Shown here: one piece after another, positions 9,440 through 17,917 of the stretch
Layout: the number at the start of each line of letters is the position of its first letter
How positions within the stretch are numbered: the first letter of the stretch is position 1
NCBI RefSeq assembly: GCF_013149785.1
Contig: NZ_JABEZU010000002.1
Span: forward strand, 682,001 to 746,000
Source of the DNA: Isoptericola halotolerans
GTDB taxonomy: Bacteria > Actinomycetota > Actinomycetes > Actinomycetales > Cellulomonadaceae
Reading direction: 5' to 3'
DNA length: 64,000 bases
Made by a program: the position numbers and the translations under genes
The notes under the pieces: generated by a model
What the model was told of the DNA's origin: nothing
What the model saw: only the letters and a program-made list of their open reading frames with translations
The model's database searches: none

Positions 9440-10449
9440 ACCCCCGAACCTTCCGTCACGCCGCCGCGATCGGCACCCTGAGCGCGACCGCTCTGGTGAT
9501 CTCCGGCTGCGGGTCGTCCGTGACCTCCGAGGCGAGCGAGACCGACGCCGACGCCGCCACCACGGTGACGCTGGAGAACTGTGACCGCGAGGTCGTCGTC
9601 GAGGGCGCCCCGGAGGCCGCCGTCGGCATGCACCCCGCCCAGACGGAGCTGATGCTGCGGCTCGGCCTGGCCGACCGGCTCGCCGGACAGGCCCAGGCGG
9701 CCGCGCAGGCGCTGCCCGACGACGTCGCGTCGCTCGCGGCGGACGTCCCCGTCATCGGTGAGGTCATGCCCCCGAGCCGCGAGGACCTCCTGGCCGTCGA
9801 GCCCGACTTCGTGTACTCGCCCACCACGTACGAGTTCACCGCCGAGCAGGGCTTCGCGAGCATCGACCAGCTCGAGCAGGCCGACGCCACCGTCTACGTC
9901 GCCACGGGCGGGTGCGCCGAGCGCCGCATGACCGGCGAGGTGACCGACCTGTTCGACGACCTGGAGAACCTCGGCGAGATCTTCGGCGTCCAGGACGAGG
10001 CCGCCGACCTCGTCGTGCAGAGCCGGGCGCAGCTCGACGAGGTCGCCGCGGCGATCGAGGACGTCGACCCGCTGCGCGTCGCCCAGGTCTACGTCGAGGG
10101 CACCACGCTGCAGGCCATCGGTGCCGGCATCGAGTACGACATCCTCGGGCTGGCGGGCGCGGACAACGTCTACGGCCCCGAGGACCCGATGTTCGCGGAC
10201 TTCTTCGCCGCGACCATCACGCCCGAGTCGCTGGCCGCCGAGGAGCCGGACGCCCTGGTCTTCTCCGCCTACGACGCCGAGCACGAGGCCGCCACCCGCG
10301 AGTACCTGACGACGACGTTCCCCGACCTGCCGGCCGTCACCGAGGACCGGCTCATCGCCGTCTCCAGCTCCGACGTCTTCCCCGGCACGCTGGGCAACAT
10401 CACGATCGTGCGGGACATCGCCGAGCAGCTCTACCCCGACGCGTTCTGA
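9436..10449 (+). CDS. Metal-chelate ABC substrate-binding lipoprotein
   Basis: Lipobox ISGC; TLENCDRE and EDLLAVEPDFVY typical of the periplasmic-binding-protein-2 family. Confidence 0.92.
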   Translation: MNPRTFRHAAAIGTLSATALVISGCGSSVTSEASETDADAATTVTLENCDREVVVEGAPEAAVGMHPAQTELMLRLGLADRLAGQAQAAAQALPDDVASLAADVPVIGEVMPPSREDLLAVEPDFVYSPTTYEFTAEQGFASIDQLEQADATVYVATGGCAERRMTGEVTDLFDDLENLGEIFGVQDEAADLVVQSRAQLDEVAAAIEDVDPLRVAQVYVEGTTLQAIGAGIEYDILGLAGADNVYGPEDPMFADFFAATITPESLAAEEPDALVFSAYDAEHEAATREYLTTTFPDLPAVTEDRLIAVSSSDVFPGTLGNITIVRDIAEQLYPDAF

Positions 10450-10452
10450 CCG

Positions 10453-12135
10453 GTGGTCCACCGCCGGCTGTTGCAGCTCGCCGGCGCCGTGCCGGGCGTG
10501 ATCCTCGCCCTGGCCGGCGTCGGCGTGCTGCTGTCCGCCATGCACGTCGGGTTCGCACTCACCGCGGGCTCGGTGATCGCCACGCTCGTGCGCGACGACG
10601 GCGACCTGGCCTCGACGCTGCCCGCTCTCGTCGCGCTGGCGGCGATCGCCGTCGTCCGCGGTGTGGTGGTCGCGGTACGTGAACCGGTCGCGACCCGGCT
10701 CGGGGCGTCGGTGCGGCTGCGGCTGCGGCGTCGGCTGCTCGCCCGGCTCGTCGCGGTGCCCGCCGCGGAGCGGGACGCGGGCGAGGTGGCGGCCACGGTG
10801 ATCGACGGCGTCGACGGCCTGGACGCCTACTACACCCGCTACCTGCCGCAGCTGGTCGTCGTGCTCGTGGTGCCGGCCGCCGTCGTCGGTCTCGTGGCGG
10901 TGCGCTCGACGGCCGCCGGGGCCGTGCTCGCCGTCGCGGCCGCCGTCGCGGTCCTCGCACCCCGGGTGTGGGACGCGCGGCTGCTGCGCAACGGGCGCCG
11001 ACGCTGGGACGTCTTCACCCGGCTCTCGGCGGACTTCGTCGAGGCGCTGCAGCAGGTCCCGTTGCTGCGTGCCTTCGGGGCCACCGGCCGCGTCGCGGAC
11101 CGGCTGGCCACCACCGCCGAGGGCCTGCGCCGCTCCACCATGACCCAGCTGCGGGTCTCGCTCGTCGAGACCGCGGTCAGTGCGCTGGCCCTGCACCTCG
11201 GTACCGCACTGGCGGTCGTCGCCGCCCTGCACGGCGTGCTCACCGGCGACGTGCGCGCCCCGGTGGCCGTCACCGTGCTGCTGCTCGCCCGCGAGTGCTT
11301 CCGCCCCGTGCAGGACCTCGGCACCACCTGGCACGCCGGCTATCTCGGGCTGACCGCCGTCGACGGCCTCGACCGGCTGCTGTCGATGCGGCCGTCGGTC
11401 GTCGAGGCCGGCGACCATGCCGCTCCCGCCGCCACCGGGACGATCGAGCTCACGGGCGTCACGTACCGCTACCCCGGGAGCACCACCGGCGTGCGAGACC
11501 TGAGCCTGCGCGTCGCCGCGGGGGAGACCGTCGCCGTCGTCGGCCCCTCGGGTTCCGGCAAGAGCACGCTGGCGCGGCTCCTGGAGCGTGACGTGGACCC
11601 GCAGCAGGGCGTGGTGCGGGTCGGCGGCCTCGGCCTGCCCGACTACACCCCGACGGCGCGCAGCCGCAGCGTCGTCGTCGTCCCGCAGGACCCGACGCTC
11701 TTCGCGTGGACCGTGCGGGAGAACCTGCGGCTGTACCGGCCCGACGCGACCGGGTCACAGATCGAGCAGGCTGCCCGCACCGCGGACGTCCACGAGGTGG
11801 TCCAGTCCCTGCCGGACGGCTACGACACCGTCCTGGCCGAGGACGGCGGGCAGCTCTCCGGTGGCCAGCGTCAACGCCTCGCGCTCGCCCGGGCGCTGTT
11901 GTCCCCGGCGCCCGTGCTCGTCCTCGACGAGATCACCTCGGCGCTCGACGTCGGCACCGAGCGCCGGGTCATGGATGCGGTCGTGGCCGCCACGCGGGAG
12001 CGCACCGTGATCGTCGTCGCGCACCGCGAGAGCGCCTGCACGCACGCCGACCGGTGGGTGCGTCTCCAGGACGGTCGGATCGTCGCGACCGGCGACGGGG
12101 CGCCGGTCGTCGAGGCCCCGGCGGGTGCGCGATGA
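10453..12135 (+). CDS. ABC transporter, fused permease/ATPase (CydD/YbtP/IrtA-like fold)
   Basis: N-terminal TM region, then GPSGSGKS, LSGGQRQR and LDEITSALD. Confidence 0.9.
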   Translation: MVHRRLLQLAGAVPGVILALAGVGVLLSAMHVGFALTAGSVIATLVRDDGDLASTLPALVALAAIAVVRGVVVAVREPVATRLGASVRLRLRRRLLARLVAVPAAERDAGEVAATVIDGVDGLDAYYTRYLPQLVVVLVVPAAVVGLVAVRSTAAGAVLAVAAAVAVLAPRVWDARLLRNGRRRWDVFTRLSADFVEALQQVPLLRAFGATGRVADRLATTAEGLRRSTMTQLRVSLVETAVSALALHLGTALAVVAALHGVLTGDVRAPVAVTVLLLARECFRPVQDLGTTWHAGYLGLTAVDGLDRLLSMRPSVVEAGDHAAPAATGTIELTGVTYRYPGSTTGVRDLSLRVAAGETVAVVGPSGSGKSTLARLLERDVDPQQGVVRVGGLGLPDYTPTARSRSVVVVPQDPTLFAWTVRENLRLYRPDATGSQIEQAARTADVHEVVQSLPDGYDTVLAEDGGQLSGGQRQRLALARALLSPAPVLVLDEITSALDVGTERRVMDAVVAATRERTVIVVAHRESACTHADRWVRLQDGRIVATGDGAPVVEAPAGAR

Positions 12136-13799
12136 GGGCCGTGCTGCGCCTGCTGCCGGTGGTCACCCTTCACCGCGGCCGGTTCGTCGAGACGGTGCTG
12201 TGGAGCGTGGTGTCCCAGGCGGCGGTGCTCGGGCTCGCGCTCGGCCTGGCCGTCGTCGTCGGACGGGTCGTGGCGGGCGAGCCGCTCGGGCTGATCGGCC
12301 CCGCCGCCGCGCTGGTCTCGGTGGGTGTCCTGGCGTCGCTCGCGGCGTGGCGGGAGTCGTGGGTGTCGCACGACCTGGCCTACCGGCTCATCGGGGTGCT
12401 GCGCGGCCGGGTCTTCGGTGCGCTGCGCCGGGCCCTGCCGTCCAGGACCCGGCAGAAGCGCACCGGCGAGCTGGCCACCACCGTGGTCTCCGACATCGAG
12501 ACGCTGGAGTGGCTCTACGCCCACACCGCCGCCCAGAGCCTCAGCGCGCTGCTCGTCCTCGCCGTGAGCACCGGGGTGTCCGTCACGATCGACCCGTCGC
12601 TGCTGCTCGTGTGGGTGCCGCTGCTCGTCCTCGGTGTGGTCGTACCCCTGGCGACCGCCCGGCGGGCCCGGCGGGACAGCGACGCGCTCGCGGCCGGCTC
12701 CGCCGCCGTGCGCTCCGAGCTGCTCGACACCGTCCGGGGGCTGCGTGAGCTCACCGGTGCCGGAGCCCTCGACGCCCAGCTCGACCGTGTCGCGCAGGAC
12801 ACGCGCGACCTCGCCCGTCTGCAGGTCCGCGAGTCGGCCCGGCTGGGCCTGGAGCGCGGCATCGCCGACGTCGCGCTGGCCGCCGCCGCGCTCGGCACGC
12901 TCGCCGTCGTGCTGCTGCAGCGCGACGCCATCGCCCCGGCCGACATCCCCCTGGCGGTGACCGTCGCGGTCGCGGGCCTGGGGCCCGCCGCGCAGATCGC
13001 GGACCTGCTGCGCAGCGCGAGCACGCTGCGGGCGTCGGCCGAACGCATCGGCGGCGTGCTCGACCTGCCGCCCGCCGTCGTCGGACCCGAGGGCACCTCC
13101 GACGACGACGCCGTGGCGGCGCCCGGTGCCGGCCTGCGGCCCGACCCGGTGCCGGAGGAGGCGGGCCTGGTGCTGGACCGCGTCAGCTTCGCCTACGACC
13201 CGGCGCGGCCCGTGCTGGAGCACTTCAGCCTGCACGTCCGGCCGGGGGAGGTGGTGGCCCTGGTCGGTCCGTCCGGCGCGGGCAAGACCACCGCGGCCCG
13301 CCTCGCGCAACGGCTGTGGGACCCGGACAGGGGTGCCGTGCGGGTCGACGGCGACGACGTGCGCACCCTGCCGGACGTCGAGCTGCGCGCGCGCCTCGCC
13401 GTCGTCCCGCAGTCCTCACCGCTGCTGCGCGGCACGGTGCGCTCCAACATCGTGCTCGGGGACCCCGATGCGTCCGACGCCGCGGTGGAGGCCGCGGCCC
13501 GCGCGGCCGGGCTGCTCGACGCGGCGGCCGGGCTGCCCGCCGGGCTCGGCACGCCGGTGGGGGAGCACGGCAGCGGGCTCTCCGGCGGCCAGCGTGCCCG
13601 GGTCGCGATCGCCCGGGCGCTCCTGCGCGAGCCGCGCGTCCTGGTCCTCGACGAGCCGACGGCGTCCCTCGACCCCGAGGCCGACGCCGCGCTCCTCGAG
13701 CTCCTCGGCCGTGCCGAGCACCGGGCGACGCTGCTGGTCGCGCACCGGCCGGCCACGATCGCCGCCGCCGACCGCCAGGTCTCCCTCGGCGACCGGTAG
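12132..13799 (+). CDS. ABC transporter, fused permease/ATPase (CydC/YbtQ/IrtB-like fold)
   Basis: SHDLAYRL, DIETLEWLYAHT, GPSGAGKT and LSGGQRAR motifs; ATGA-coupled to the upstream gene. Confidence 0.9.
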   Translation: MRAVLRLLPVVTLHRGRFVETVLWSVVSQAAVLGLALGLAVVVGRVVAGEPLGLIGPAAALVSVGVLASLAAWRESWVSHDLAYRLIGVLRGRVFGALRRALPSRTRQKRTGELATTVVSDIETLEWLYAHTAAQSLSALLVLAVSTGVSVTIDPSLLLVWVPLLVLGVVVPLATARRARRDSDALAAGSAAVRSELLDTVRGLRELTGAGALDAQLDRVAQDTRDLARLQVRESARLGLERGIADVALAAAALGTLAVVLLQRDAIAPADIPLAVTVAVAGLGPAAQIADLLRSASTLRASAERIGGVLDLPPAVVGPEGTSDDDAVAAPGAGLRPDPVPEEAGLVLDRVSFAYDPARPVLEHFSLHVRPGEVVALVGPSGAGKTTAARLAQRLWDPDRGAVRVDGDDVRTLPDVELRARLAVVPQSSPLLRGTVRSNIVLGDPDASDAAVEAAARAAGLLDAAAGLPAGLGTPVGEHGSGLSGGQRARVAIARALLREPRVLVLDEPTASLDPEADAALLELLGRAEHRATLLVAHRPATIAAADRQVSLGDR

Positions 13800-13842
13800 G
13801 GATTCCATGTGGCAGCCAGATCGGACAACATGGATTCCATGT
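13800..13842 (+). promoter_or_regulatory. Probable TA autoregulatory operator
   Basis: ggattccatgt occurs twice (13800, 13832); the palindrome acatgg-att-ccatgt (13828-13842) covers the antitoxin ATG. Confidence 0.55.
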
Positions 13843-14096
13843 CTGCAGCGACACGACGACGCATCCACCTGACGGAGACGGCGCGGCTGGCGGCGATCAT
13901 CGACCGGAACGCCATGGCCGGGGAGCCGCGCGCAGCCACCGTGGCGCGACTCGTCGAAAAGGCTGACCTGCTCTCCGCCCGGGACGAGGACTTCCTCGTC
14001 TTCGACCCGGACCGCCCGACGATCACCACCGAACAGGTGGCCGATCTGCTCGACGAGGACGACGTCGATGCCGTCGCGGAGACCCGGCGTGGCTGA
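13839..14096 (+). CDS. Putative VapB-type antitoxin
   Basis: 85-aa ORF with acidic C-terminus (TITTEQVADLLDEDD), overlapping the PIN toxin start. Confidence 0.7.
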   Translation: MSAATRRRIHLTETARLAAIIDRNAMAGEPRAATVARLVEKADLLSARDEDFLVFDPDRPTITTEQVADLLDEDDVDAVAETRRG

Positions 14097-14520
14097 TCGC
14101 GTCTACCTGCCGGACGTCAACGTCCTGTTCGCCGCCCATGTCACGGCGCACGTGGACCACGCGACGGCCCTCGGCTGGTTGCGGGGAGTCCTGGCGTTCG
14201 CCACGTGCGCGACGACCGAGCAGGGGCTGGTGCGGTTGCTGTCGAACCCCGCCGCCAACCCTGGTGCGTCCACCGCCGATGCGCTCGCCGCACTGCGTCG
14301 TGTCCGTGCACGGCGACAGCACGAGTTCTGGCGCGACGACACGAGCCTTGCCGACCCGGTCGTCGACCTGGCGCGCATGGTCGGGCATCGCCGGGTGACG
14401 GACTTCCACCTGCTGAACCTGGCTGCGGACCGTCGTGGCGTGCTCGTCACGCTCGACGCCAAGATCGAGCGTGCGCTGGCGCCCTCGGACCGGCGACACG
14501 TCCTGACGCTCGCCGGCTGA
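14089..14520 (+). CDS. vapC: PIN-domain ribonuclease toxin (VapC)
   Basis: YLPDVNVLFA, TEQGLVRL, VTDFHLLNLA and LVTLD acidic PIN motifs. Confidence 0.9.
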   Translation: MADRVYLPDVNVLFAAHVTAHVDHATALGWLRGVLAFATCATTEQGLVRLLSNPAANPGASTADALAALRRVRARRQHEFWRDDTSLADPVVDLARMVGHRRVTDFHLLNLAADRRGVLVTLDAKIERALAPSDRRHVLTLAG

Positions 14521-14540
14521 CCGACGGGCAGGAGGAGCGG

Positions 14541-14921
14541 TCAGGCCGGTGTCGTGCACGCCGCGAGGCGGGCCGCGATGGTGGCGACGTCGTTCAGCTC
14601 GCTTGATGCGATCGCCATGACGAGGTCGTACGCATCAGCGTGGTCCATGCGGAGCGCTTGGCCGTTGTAGGCGTAGAACAGCCTGACGGCGACCCAGCCG
14701 ACGCGCTTGTTGCCATCGACGAACGCGTGGTTCTTGACGACGGAGTCGAGAAGGGCGGCAGCCTTCTGGTGGATGCCTGGGTACGCCTCGGTTCCGAGCA
14801 TGCTCGCTCGGGGTCGGCCGACGGCGGAGGACAGCAGTCCTGTGTCTCGGACCCCCGGTGGGCCGCCGAGCACCGCAGCGGCTGCGGCCAGAAGGTCGTC
14901 CTCGTCGACGAAGGTGGTCAC
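14541..14921 (-). CDS. doc: Death-on-curing (Doc/Fic) family toxin
   Basis: VRDTGLLSSAVGRP and HAFVDGNKR; GTG start at 14921. Confidence 0.92.
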   Translation of the reverse strand: MTTFVDEDDLLAAAAAVLGGPPGVRDTGLLSSAVGRPRASMLGTEAYPGIHQKAAALLDSVVKNHAFVDGNKRVGWVAVRLFYAYNGQALRMDHADAYDLVMAIASSELNDVATIAARLAACTTPA

Positions 14922-14931
14922 GGGGAGCCCG

Positions 14932-15126
14932 TCATGCGAGGCGGTCGAGCAGCGGCTTGTCCTCGGCGACGATCTGGCGGATGAGCTCGTCGCGCAACGC
15001 GGTCCGCTTGTTCGCGTACTCCTGGACGGCACGGTTGATGACAGCGTTCTCGGAGATGTTCTCGTCGCGGGCGACCTGCTTCAGCGCCTGCTCGGTCGCC
15101 TGGTCGAAGCGGATGGTCCGGGGCAT
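14932..15126 (-). CDS. Ribbon-helix-helix antitoxin
   Basis: MPRTIRFDQATEQALKQVARDENISENAVINRAV RHH pattern, ends LLDRLA; RBS GGAGG. Confidence 0.85.
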   Translation of the reverse strand: MPRTIRFDQATEQALKQVARDENISENAVINRAVQEYANKRTALRDELIRQIVAEDKPLLDRLA

Positions 15127-15158
15127 GAGGTCCTCCCTTGTGCAGGGCGCAGCACGGT

Positions 15159-15179
15159 GTGGTACTGCCACAGTACCAC
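15159..15179. promoter_or_regulatory. Operator palindrome of the RHH-doc operon
   Basis: Perfect GTGGTACTG-cca-CAGTACCAC about 33 nt upstream of the antitoxin ATG. Confidence 0.65.
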
Positions 15180-15183
15180 TGGG

Positions 15184-16977
15184 TCATCTGCCGACGGCAT
15201 ACCCCTGCGCCCCGCGGGAGTTCGCCGCCGCACCAAGAACCCCGGTGGCCGGGTCCCGCGTCACCGCGGAGATCCGCCCGAGCGACCACGGCCCCGCGTC
15301 GGTCAGCACGTGTCCCCGTGCCGTGAGCCCGGCGAGCACCTCCGCCCCGAGCCGCGACTCGACGACGGCCCCGCCCGGTGTCCAGGTGCGCGGCCAGAAC
15401 GAGTCGACAGCCGACGTCGTGTGCAGCGTCGGGGCGTCGATCGCCTCCTGCGGGGTGTACCCGCCCACCAGCACGCGCAGCAGGAACGGCAGCTGCCACT
15501 GGTCCTGCTGGTCGCCGCCCGGCGTCCCGCACGCCATCACCGCCTCGCCCTCCGGTCCCAGCACGATCGTCGGTGACAGGGTGGTCCGGGGCCGCACGCC
15601 CGGCGCGAGCCGGGACGGCGAGTTCTCGTCCAGCCACGTCATCTGCAGCCGCGTGCCGAGGCAGAACCCGAGTCCGGGCACCGTGGGCGACGACTGCAGC
15701 CAGCCGCCCGACGGCGTCGCGCTGACCATGTTGCCCCACCGGTCGACCACGTCGAGGTGGCAGGTGTCGCCGCGCGTGGTGCCGTCCGTCTGCACGGTCG
15801 GCTCGCCCACCCCCGAGCCGTCCGGCGGCGCCTCACCGGCCACACGCAGCGGCGGCAGCGGGGGCGTGGTGCGCCCGGGGACGACGCCGGGACGCAGCTC
15901 GTGCGAGGCGTTCTCGCCCACGAGCGCTCGCCGCTCGGCCGCGTACTGCGCGGACAGCAGGTGCTCCAGGGGGACGTCGGCGTCGCCGTACCAGGTGTCA
16001 CGGTCCGCGAGCGCCAGCTTGAGCACCTCCAGAACGGTGTGGGCCCCGCGCTCGGTGGAGGGGTCGAGGCGGTCGTCGTCGAACCCGTCGAGGAGCCGCA
16101 GGGCCTGCAGCAGCACCGGCCCCTGCCCCCACGCGCCGGTCTTGACGACCGTGTGCCCGCGGAAGTCCGCCGTCGCCGGGGTCTCGTAGCCCGCCCGGAA
16201 GCGGGCGACGTCGTCGGCGGTGAGGACGCCGGCGTGGTCCCGCCCGTCCGCGTGCCGGTGCGGGGTGGCGACGAAGTCCTCCACGGCCGGGCTGACGATC
16301 TCGCGCCAGGCCGCGCGGGCGGCGTCGACGCCGGCCTCCCGCCCGGGGGCACCGTCGGCGGCCTCGACGAGACGCCGCAGGACGTCGGCGTACTCGGGGT
16401 TCGTGACGAGCTCACCGGGCCGGGGGACCCGGCCACCGGGTGTCCAGCGGGCGGCGGAGGTGGGCCAGTGCTCGGCGAACAACCTCGCGACCCGGTCGAT
16501 CGTCGCGCTCGCGGCGGCCAGCAGGGGATGCCCGTCCCGGGCGTAGCCGACGGCGTGGGCGAGCACGTCACGCACCGGCCAGGTGCCGTGGTCGCGCAGC
16601 AGCAGGAGCCAGGCGTCGACGGCGCCCGGGACGGCGGCGGCCAGCGCGCCGGCGCCGGGCACCAGGTCGAGGCCCTCGGTGTCGCGGTAGTGCTCGATCG
16701 TGGCGCGCGCCGGTGCAGGGCCCTGGCCGACCAGGACCTGCGGGGAGCCGCCGGCGGGGGCGACGATGCCCGTCATGTCGCCGCCGGGACCGTTGAGGTG
16801 CGGCTCGACCACGTGCAGGACGAACGCGGCGGCGGTGGCGGCGTCGAAGGCGTTGCCGCCTCGTTCCAGCACGGACTGGGCGGTGGCGGTGGCGAGCCAG
16901 TGGGTGGTGGCCGCCATCCCGAAGGTGCCCTGCAGGTCGGGACGGGTGCGGTGCGGGTCGGGCGGTGTGTACGTCAT
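15184..16977 (-). CDS. ggt: Gamma-glutamyltransferase family (Ntn-hydrolase) protein
   Basis: LERGGNAFDAA, VVEPHLNGPGGD, catalytic Thr in GDTCHLDVVDRWGN, GTPGGDQQ. Confidence 0.93.
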   Translation of the reverse strand: MTYTPPDPHRTRPDLQGTFGMAATTHWLATATAQSVLERGGNAFDAATAAAFVLHVVEPHLNGPGGDMTGIVAPAGGSPQVLVGQGPAPARATIEHYRDTEGLDLVPGAGALAAAVPGAVDAWLLLLRDHGTWPVRDVLAHAVGYARDGHPLLAAASATIDRVARLFAEHWPTSAARWTPGGRVPRPGELVTNPEYADVLRRLVEAADGAPGREAGVDAARAAWREIVSPAVEDFVATPHRHADGRDHAGVLTADDVARFRAGYETPATADFRGHTVVKTGAWGQGPVLLQALRLLDGFDDDRLDPSTERGAHTVLEVLKLALADRDTWYGDADVPLEHLLSAQYAAERRALVGENASHELRPGVVPGRTTPPLPPLRVAGEAPPDGSGVGEPTVQTDGTTRGDTCHLDVVDRWGNMVSATPSGGWLQSSPTVPGLGFCLGTRLQMTWLDENSPSRLAPGVRPRTTLSPTIVLGPEGEAVMACGTPGGDQQDQWQLPFLLRVLVGGYTPQEAIDAPTLHTTSAVDSFWPRTWTPGGAVVESRLGAEVLAGLTARGHVLTDAGPWSLGRISAVTRDPATGVLGAAANSRGAQGYAVGR

Positions 16978-17642
16978 GCCGTCGCCTCCCGCCCGCGCGC
17001 GTGACCGACGACGGCCACGGCCACCGTGATGAGCGCACTGAGGCCGACCCCCCAGGCGAGGTGGACCTGGAGCAGCAGCGCCCCCACGCACGCGCCGGCA
17101 CCGATCAGCCCGATCGCACCGAGCCGCCGCAGCGCGTGGTTCCCGTGCCCTCCCAGGACGCGGGAGTCCATCGCCAGGCCCGTGATCGTGCTCGTGACGA
17201 CCACGGTGGTGATCTCCTTGACCGCCAGGTGCCGAGCCACCGCCGCCTGCAGGCCCATCGCCGCGGCGAGCAGGCCGGTCACCGTGAGCTGGACGCCGTG
17301 CGGCATCCCGTCGTCGAACACCACGAGGATCACGGTGAGTGCCACCAGGACGGCCCCGACGAGCCCGAACATCGCCGTCGTCCGTCGGGACCACCCGGCC
17401 TTGATCGGCCGCAGCGCGACCCCGCCGATCGCGGCCCCGCCCATGAACGTGGCGAACGCGAGCAGCGGGCCGGTCACGGGCAGGTCGTCGCCACCGGCGA
17501 GCGCCATGCCGAGGATGACCACGTTGCCGGTCATGTTCCCGGTGAAGACGCGGTCGAGGCCGAGGTACCCGACGGCGTCGGCGATCCCCGTGGAGAACGT
17601 CAGCGCGAGCATGAGGCCGAGATGGAGGCGTTCGCGAGGCAC
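16974..17642 (-). CDS. YoaK/DUF1275 membrane protein
   Basis: GIADAVGYLGL, FTGNMTGNVV, AMGLQ and TTVVVTSTITG motifs; probable leaderless GTG 7 nt after -10 TAGAGT. Confidence 0.9.
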   Translation of the reverse strand: MPRERLHLGLMLALTFSTGIADAVGYLGLDRVFTGNMTGNVVILGMALAGGDDLPVTGPLLAFATFMGGAAIGGVALRPIKAGWSRRTTAMFGLVGAVLVALTVILVVFDDGMPHGVQLTVTGLLAAAMGLQAAVARHLAVKEITTVVVTSTITGLAMDSRVLGGHGNHALRRLGAIGLIGAGACVGALLLQVHLAWGVGLSALITVAVAVVGHARGREATA

Positions 17643-17917
17643 GGTCGTCACTCTAGGCGTGGTGAGGGCGTGAGGATGTTCACGGGAGTTCTGCACGCCA
17701 ATTCCAGGTCGATCGCCCTCGTTCGGTCACAGGGTGATAAAGATCATCGCTCAGCAAGGCCTCACGTGACGGAGCAGCGAAGGCCGTGACCTACGCTCGT
17801 GCAAAGAACGTGAAGGCCGACCCGTGGCCGAAACTCCCGGGTGCGGGTCGAAGGACCCGCTCGGACACGTCCATCAGCGGTCCGACGGCACGTCAATGTC
17901 CCCGACCCGGGAGAACC

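Noticed and set aside
10453..13799. Calling the fused ABC pair cydDC
   Set aside because: No cydAB nearby; operon context with an FecCD-type system favours metallophore import
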